Positions 58,626-64,000 of a stretch of 64,000 bases of DNA are shown here, in pieces. Within the stretch, counting starts at the first letter, position 1. The number at the start of each line of letters is the position of its first letter. This DNA is from an uncultured Planctomycetales bacterium (lineage in GTDB: Bacteria; Planctomycetota; UBA1135), in the NCBI GenBank assembly GCA_964584805.1, contig CAZPAY010000007.1, positions 8,117-72,116 of the forward strand. Direction: 5' to 3'. The translations under genes were made by a program, and so were the position numbers. The notes beneath the pieces are model-generated. The model did not search any database and was not told the DNA's origin. It saw only the letters and a program-made list of their open reading frames with translations.

Positions 58626-59365
58626 AAACAGCTCTACTCTTAGCTGGTGGGCTCGCGACTCGATTAGGCGAGCTTTCGCGCTCCACACCAAAGGCATGTG
58701 TCCCCATCGATGGTCTTTCACCGCTTGCTTTCCTTATCCCTCGCCTGGCGGCTGCAGGAGTCCATCGAATCTGGATCAATCTCCATCATCATTCTGAGCA
58801 AGTTCAACATGAGGCCGAAAGAGTCTGTCCACCCGGGATTGAGCTGTGTTGGTTTTTTGAAGATGCCCTTCTCGGCACAGGCGGCACTTTGCTGGGTGTA
58901 ACACATAAGAATGGTGAGATCCCCGACCTTGTCGCCAACGCAAAAATGTTCACGGATTTTGATTGGGTGAAAATACTCAAAGCGAATGCTCCGACCCTAG
59001 TCTTACACCCATCCAGTGATTTAGAAGTATTCGGTGGCTTCCGCTACAGCGAAACGGACCAAATCGAATCGTTGCGTCGCGCAGGCGCACCTCGGCAGGA
59101 GGCCAAGGTAGGCGTCTATACGGGCATTTGCCGGCCATCTGAATCTTGGCTGCCTCACCTTAAACGCGCACCAACAAATGCGCCGATTTGCTTAATCCGG
59201 CATGGTTTACTTGCCACCGTTCATGAGCAGCCAGTCAATGCGCTGATTCACCATGGAGCATGGTGCGAAATCAGCACGCCTGACCGCATCGACTCGGCTC
59301 GGGAAACATTGCGCGGCATCTTGTCCCGTGAGGACAAATGCGCGGATGCGACTCACGGCGACTAA
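58622..59365 (+). CDS. NTP transferase, MurU-like
   Basis: MKTALLLAGGLATRL..L...PK, INLHH, E..LLGTGG. Follows the amgK-like gene. Confidence 0.78.
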   Translation: MKTALLLAGGLATRLGELSRSTPKACVPIDGLSPLAFLIPRLAAAGVHRIWINLHHHSEQVQHEAERVCPPGIELCWFFEDALLGTGGTLLGVTHKNGEIPDLVANAKMFTDFDWVKILKANAPTLVLHPSSDLEVFGGFRYSETDQIESLRRAGAPRQEAKVGVYTGICRPSESWLPHLKRAPTNAPICLIRHGLLATVHEQPVNALIHHGAWCEISTPDRIDSARETLRGILSREDKCADATHGD

Positions 59366-61302
59366 ACCAAACTGGCCGAGGCGTCACGCAATACCCGATT
59401 GCCGCCACGGCGCATGGTGACACCACGGTCATCCAACCACTCAAGCAGGGGCATTAAGAACTTGCGCGTCGTCTTAAATTCATCTCGCAAAGCAGGGATA
59501 TTCATTTCGCCACTCTGAAGTTGCTGTACAACGCGGTCGCGCATTTTTTCAGCGCATGATAGAGCCAACACAAAGCCCTGCTCAGGACGGACAATCTTGC
59601 CTTGGTCGAGCAAGACATCAATCCATACGCCAACATCGGCTGTAGACCCAAACCGCTGCGCCAATTCATCGAGCGAAGGTGGCTGAAAACCGGCCTCTTC
59701 AAAGATGTGAAGTAAGTCAGCCACCTTGGAAAGCAGCGAGTCATTCAACTCAAGGCCAAGCAAATCCCAATGCGTTCCTGGCATACGACGAATGCCGTAA
59801 CTTTCAAGTTCTTCATCAGGAGCTTTCTTCAACGACTTGTAACCTTCTTTGCCAAGAGCGTCGCGTAATTGGGTAATCGGAATGCGTAAGCGATGCGGGT
59901 AATCTCGACGCCACCCCCCCAAAACTGCGGCGACTTCTTGCGCAAATGCACCGGAGCCTGCCATCCCGAGGAAACGATTCTCACCAACCTGCCTCGCGTG
60001 GCCAACAGCGCAGGCCGCTTGCAGTGCGTCGGTCGTTGCTGCAAGTTGCCAACCTAACCGTTGTGCCAACTCTTGCGGCGTAGTGGGAGTTGCCCCGTAA
60101 CTCTCAAGCATGGCGACCAAGAAAGCGTCTGGGTCGGCGATGCATTCAGCGAGGTGCTCCAGCTGTTTGCGCTCGGCCGCATCGCGCTTTTTCAATCGAT
60201 AAGCACCAAAGGCTAGAAAACGCCCCAGGCCTAGGTTTACTGCTGGGCTTGGGCGGCGCAAAATCAAACGGTCACGCGGCGCTAAAGCGATGGGCTCTGT
60301 CAATTCAATATCGACTAGGCCGTTAGGAAGAGCAGTCGGCCCACTCATTTGAGCAACAGCGGGTGGCAAAAAAATCCTCCCCTCGACGCAGGAAGTCCCG
60401 GCCAGAATCTGCACTTGCGCTCCGTGCTGAATCCGCGGTGCTTGCGCTAACCACTGCAAACTAACGCGCAGCAACTGACCCGAGCAAAGGGAATGAGGGG
60501 CTGCCAAAACAGTGCCGCGCACACAATGTTGAGGGTCAAGATCGGGCAAATTCAAAGCAGTGCGCAAACCGGCGCTGCCCGTTTCGCTATCACGACCATG
60601 CACCTGCACACGGCGCACGCGGCTCACTTTTCCCGCTGGTAAGGCGACTAACTCGTCACCGGCAACCACGGAACCGGAATCGCAAACACCTGTCGCGATG
60701 GTTCCCGCGCCATGCATTGCGAAAGAACGCTGGACAGGCATACGAAACAAACTGCGCCCCTGGCCCGTTGCGACATGGCCCTCAGCAAGCTTGCGCAAAC
60801 TCTGTCGCAACTCGGGCAAGCCAGCACCAGAGTGGGCGCTTACATTCAAAAACTCGACTGCCTCCCAGGGCGTACCTGCGACAAGCTCTTCGACCTCTTC
60901 CCGTACGAGTTCAAGGGTCTCCTCATCAGCCAAATCAGACTTGGTCAAAACAAGGATTCCGCGTGTGACGCCGAGCAATTGCAAAACTTCAAAGTGTTCG
61001 CGCGTTTGTGGCATCACGCCGTCGTCGCAGGCGACCACGAGCATTGCCGCGCCCATGCCCGTTGCACCGGCGACCATTTTGCGCACTAACCGCTCGTGAC
61101 CCGGAACATCTACAAAGCCAATCTCAAGGCCATCTTCAAAGACCATTTCGGCATAGCCCAAATCCATCGTGATACCGCGCTCTTTCTCTTGTTGCCAACG
61201 GTCAGGATGCTCACCCGTTAACGCCTCCACCAAGGCACTTTTGCCGTGGTCGATATGGCCGGCTGTGCCGATTACCAAAGGTGCGGGGCGAAGGTCAATC
61301 AT
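59362..61302 (-). CDS. selB: Selenocysteine-specific translation elongation factor
   Basis: Motifs GTAGHIDHGKS, RGITMDLG, DVPGHE, DDGVMPQTREH, TKSD; C-terminal winged helix TRK...PLLE.LD...TMR.G..R. Confidence 0.93.
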   Translation of the reverse strand: MIDLRPAPLVIGTAGHIDHGKSALVEALTGEHPDRWQQEKERGITMDLGYAEMVFEDGLEIGFVDVPGHERLVRKMVAGATGMGAAMLVVACDDGVMPQTREHFEVLQLLGVTRGILVLTKSDLADEETLELVREEVEELVAGTPWEAVEFLNVSAHSGAGLPELRQSLRKLAEGHVATGQGRSLFRMPVQRSFAMHGAGTIATGVCDSGSVVAGDELVALPAGKVSRVRRVQVHGRDSETGSAGLRTALNLPDLDPQHCVRGTVLAAPHSLCSGQLLRVSLQWLAQAPRIQHGAQVQILAGTSCVEGRIFLPPAVAQMSGPTALPNGLVDIELTEPIALAPRDRLILRRPSPAVNLGLGRFLAFGAYRLKKRDAAERKQLEHLAECIADPDAFLVAMLESYGATPTTPQELAQRLGWQLAATTDALQAACAVGHARQVGENRFLGMAGSGAFAQEVAAVLGGWRRDYPHRLRIPITQLRDALGKEGYKSLKKAPDEELESYGIRRMPGTHWDLLGLELNDSLLSKVADLLHIFEEAGFQPPSLDELAQRFGSTADVGVWIDVLLDQGKIVRPEQGFVLALSCAEKMRDRVVQQLQSGEMNIPALRDEFKTTRKFLMPLLEWLDDRGVTMRRGGNRVLRDASASLV

Positions 61303-61319
61303 CTCTAGAATGCAACGGA

Positions 61320-62276
61320 ATGGTAGCGAACCCTCCCCCCTCCGACACGCAAAACGGGGCTCCAGTGCTTACACTTGGGCGTCATCTCAAAACAAGATAT
61401 GGCCGGCGGCTGCGGCGCGTCATGCTCGACCTTGGACTTACTTGCCCCAATCGTGATGGAGCAAGTGGTTTCGGCGGATGCATCTACTGCGACTTATCAG
61501 GTTCAGGCACGGGGGCCGAACGGGCAGGCTTGCCATTGGCTCAACAGTGGGAAACTGAATTAAAGCGAGTGCGCCGCATCAATGCGGATGACCCCGCGGC
61601 AATTGTCTATTTCCAGTCATACTCCAACACTTATCCTGATCTTCAACCACTTGAACAAGGTCTCCAAACGGCTCGTAGTTGGGCAGAAATTGCGCCCATT
61701 GTGACCATCGGCACACGCCCCGATTGTTTCAGCGAAGAGGCCGCGCAACTGCTTGGCAAATACCGCGAAACCTTCGACGAAGTCTGGGTCGAATTCGGCC
61801 TTGAAACGGCTCAAGACTCGGTACAACAGCGCATTGGCCGTCACGACACGCTCGAAAATTTTCACCAAGCTTGCCAACGTGCGCACCAACATGGGCTCGG
61901 CATTATTGTGCACTGCATGAGTGGGCTGCCGGGCGACGGCAAAGATAGTTTGCTTGAGCAGGTTGCTGAAATCCGCAAAGCAAAAGCTCACGGCGTCAAG
62001 TTCCATCAACTCATGGTGCTCAAGAAAACGCTGCTCGCGCATCAATTCCTCAACGGCGAAGATGACATCGAAATCTTGACCCACGAGGATTACATTCAGC
62101 GTGTTGCCGATGCCATCGAGCATTTGCCGCCTGATGTGGTCGTCCATCGCCTTGTGGCGGAAGCACCCGAAGCCGAGCGTCTGGCGCCACTCAATTGGCC
62201 AAGCCGGCAGTCGGTGCATTCGGCCATCGAAAATGAATTACGCCGCCGCGGCACTTGGCAAGGCTCATCGTTATAA
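61320..62276 (+). CDS. TIGR01212 (YhcC-like) radical SAM protein
   Basis: Motifs TCPNRDG...GGCIYC, YFQSYSNTY, GTRPDC, VKFHQL, VVHRL. Confidence 0.9.
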   Translation: MVANPPPSDTQNGAPVLTLGRHLKTRYGRRLRRVMLDLGLTCPNRDGASGFGGCIYCDLSGSGTGAERAGLPLAQQWETELKRVRRINADDPAAIVYFQSYSNTYPDLQPLEQGLQTARSWAEIAPIVTIGTRPDCFSEEAAQLLGKYRETFDEVWVEFGLETAQDSVQQRIGRHDTLENFHQACQRAHQHGLGIIVHCMSGLPGDGKDSLLEQVAEIRKAKAHGVKFHQLMVLKKTLLAHQFLNGEDDIEILTHEDYIQRVADAIEHLPPDVVVHRLVAEAPEAERLAPLNWPSRQSVHSAIENELRRRGTWQGSSL

Positions 62277-62312
62277 AAAAAACACCGACCCACATGGGGT
62301 CGGTGAAAAAAA
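62275..62312 (-). terminator. Rho-independent terminator downstream of tRNA-Lys
   Basis: caccgaccc-N5-gggtcggtg stem (62283-62305), followed by a T8 tract on the minus strand. Confidence 0.85.
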
Positions 62313-62388
62313 TGGTGAGGGCACCAGGACTTGAACCTGGGACAAATTGGTTAAAAGCCAACTACTCTACCAACTGAGTTATGCCCCC
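62313..62388 (-). tRNA. tRNA-Lys (anticodon TTT)
   Basis: Reverse complement GGGGGCATAACTCAGTTGGTAGAGTAGTTGGCTTTTAACCAATTTGTCCCAGGTTCAAGTCCTGGTGCCCTCACCA: 76 nt, cloverleaf, TTC loop, encoded CCA. Confidence 0.97.
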
Positions 62389-62403
62389 GTTTAGCGCGAA
62401 CGA

Positions 62404-62982
62404 TTAAACATCAAGGATGTCAGAAGACTTGTCTTTAACTAAGACTTCGAGCTTGTCTTCGTGTTCCTTGAGGATGTCTTGCACTGAAGACTTCGCAGAT
62501 TTTACATCGTCTTGTGTGACGCTTACATCCCTCTTTTTGTCTTTTTCTGCAGTTTCTACATCTTTCAAAACATCGCGGCGCACATTGCGCATCGAGATCT
62601 TGGCTTCTTCCGCAACAGTCTTGACGCGACCCACCAATTTGAGGCGTTGCTCCTCACTCAGCATCGGGACGCTAATGCGTAAGACCTTGCCCTCAATCGA
62701 AGGATTGAAACCCAAGTCAGCGGCCATCACGGCCTTTTCGATGTCTTTAAGAGTCGAGGCATCAAAGGGTTTCACCACGATGCAGCGCGGCTCAGGAACC
62801 GTCACAGCCGCCAACTGCCCCATCGGGGTTGGACTGCCGTAATAGTCAACGCGCAAGTTTTCGACTAAGCCAGGGTTGGCGCGGCCAGTGCGGATACCGC
62901 GTACGCCCGTGGAAAAATGCTCGAGGCATTTATCCATGCGATCACGCGCATCGCTGAGAAAAGGTTGGATGCTAGAAGCCAT
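62404..62982 (-). CDS. frr: Ribosome recycling factor
   Basis: Motifs IRTGRANP, VDYYG, P.LSEE.R, RNVRRD. Confidence 0.97.
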   Translation of the reverse strand: MASSIQPFLSDARDRMDKCLEHFSTGVRGIRTGRANPGLVENLRVDYYGSPTPMGQLAAVTVPEPRCIVVKPFDASTLKDIEKAVMAADLGFNPSIEGKVLRISVPMLSEEQRLKLVGRVKTVAEEAKISMRNVRRDVLKDVETAEKDKKRDVSVTQDDVKSAKSSVQDILKEHEDKLEVLVKDKSSDILDV

Positions 62983-62984
62983 GG

Positions 62985-63710
62985 TTAATTATGAATGAGA
63001 GTGCCAATGGACTCGCCGCGTGCTGCTCGCAAGACACCATCTTGAGCGGTCATTTCAAAAACCACCAAAGGCAAATCGTTTTCGGAGCAGAGGGTGAAAG
63101 CCGTTTGATCCATCACGCGCAGGCGGCGCGCAAGGACATCATCAAAGGTCAAGTCTGGCAACTTAACCGCATCATCGTGATGTTTCGGGTCTTTGTCGTA
63201 AACGCCATCAACCATTGTGGCCTTCAGCAAGACATCACACCCAAGCTCGACGCCACGCTGGGCAGCCGTGCTGTCGGTTGTGAAATATGGACTGCCTAAA
63301 CCGCCCACCAACACAACCACTCGCCCTTTTTCCATGTGGCGCAAGGCGCGACGACGGATGAAAGGTTCACAAACTTTGTGCACATCAATACTCGACATCA
63401 CGCGAGTGGGGACACCATTAGCCTCAAGAGCATCACAAAGAGCCAAACCATTAATAATGGTGGCCAGCATGCCCATGTAATCGGCTGTCGCGCGTGCAAT
63501 GCCAAGCTGTTCGGATTGCTTTCCACGCAAAATATTGCCGCCGCCAATGACGCAAGCCACCTCGGCACCAGACGAAATCAGTGCACGCAATTGACTTGCG
63601 AGCACTGAAACTCTTTCGGTATCCAGGGTGGTGGCGTCTTCGCTAGCGAAACCTTCGCCGCTGACCTTCAGGAGAAGGCGGCGGTACTTGAAGTCGCCGG
63701 AAGAAGTCAC
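62985..63710 (-). CDS. pyrH: UMP kinase
   Basis: Motifs LLKVSGE, GGGNI.RG, DYMGMLAT, PYFTTD, DGVYD.DP. Confidence 0.97.
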   Translation of the reverse strand: MTSSGDFKYRRLLLKVSGEGFASEDATTLDTERVSVLASQLRALISSGAEVACVIGGGNILRGKQSEQLGIARATADYMGMLATIINGLALCDALEANGVPTRVMSSIDVHKVCEPFIRRRALRHMEKGRVVVLVGGLGSPYFTTDSTAAQRGVELGCDVLLKATMVDGVYDKDPKHHDDAVKLPDLTFDDVLARRLRVMDQTAFTLCSENDLPLVVFEMTAQDGVLRAARGESIGTLIHN

Positions 63711-63711
63711 A

Positions 63712-63999
63712 CTAAGAGCCTAACTCAAATCGTGCGAAGCGAGCAACCTTAATGTTTTCGCCCAAGGCGCCAATCGCAGTGCGAACACGCTCTTCGACGC
63801 TCATGGAAGGATCTTTCACATACTCTTGAGAGAGTAGAGCCCGCTCACTGATGAACTTCTCCATACGGCCATCGACAATCTTTTCTTTAATGTCGTCTGG
63901 CTTGCCCTGCATGTCTTCCGAGTCGAGCAGAATGCGGCGCTCTTCGGCGACGAGATCAGCAGGAACATCAGATGAATTTACAGCAACGGGGCTAGGCAC
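63712..63999 (-). CDS. tsf: Elongation factor Ts (3' part; runs off the window end)
   Basis: GKP..I.EKIVDGR..KF..E..LL.Q.YVKDP...GENI.V.RF.RFELG; tsf-pyrH-frr order. Confidence 0.95.
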   Translation of the reverse strand: MPSPVAVNSSDVPADLVAEERRILLDSEDMQGKPDDIKEKIVDGRMEKFISERALLSQEYVKDPSMSVEERVRTAIGALGENIKVARFARFELGS

Positions 64000-64000
64000 G

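Noticed and set aside
62275-62388. tRNA-Lys as an integration site for a genomic island
   Set aside because: No integrase is nearby, I noticed no duplicate of the tRNA 3' end in the window, and the flanks are housekeeping genes.
1-64000. CRISPR arrays, transposases, prophage or defence genes
   Set aside because: I found no regularly spaced repeats and no ORFs with integrase, transposase, Cas or phage motifs. Intergenic gaps are too short to hold an array.

Overview
A very gene-dense bacterial chromosomal window (estimated by eye at roughly 55-58% GC). It is probably from a Planctomycetota-like genome, an inference from the sulfatase-like, HEAT+VWA, prenyltransferase-repeat and GldAFG/DUF4340 content. 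Most genes are housekeeping: PMM/PGM, ltaE, an aminotransferase, rhlE, smc, nrdR, mnmE, yidC, nadD, hisS, gluQ, guaAB, a split PFOR, rho, amgK/murU-like genes, selB, tRNA-Lys, frr, pyrH and tsf. I saw no mobile elements or CRISPR arrays. The most notable observation is an NrdR-box-like palindrome preceding an apparent nrdR - ORF - smc operon. The middle ORF looks like a class III ribonucleotide reductase (NrdD) relic that keeps two ATP-cone-like regions and the barrel scaffold but has lost the catalytic Cys, the Zn ribbon and the glycyl-radical loop. Other points of interest are a pentaheme cytochrome-HEAT fusion coupled to an Fe3+-type ABC transporter, an MBOAT acyltransferase with three tandem SGNH/DltD-like paralogs, a phnA-family gene broken by an internal deletion, and a frameshifted micro-ORF with an operator upstream of an XRE regulator. 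All family assignments come from reading motifs by eye, with no database searches.
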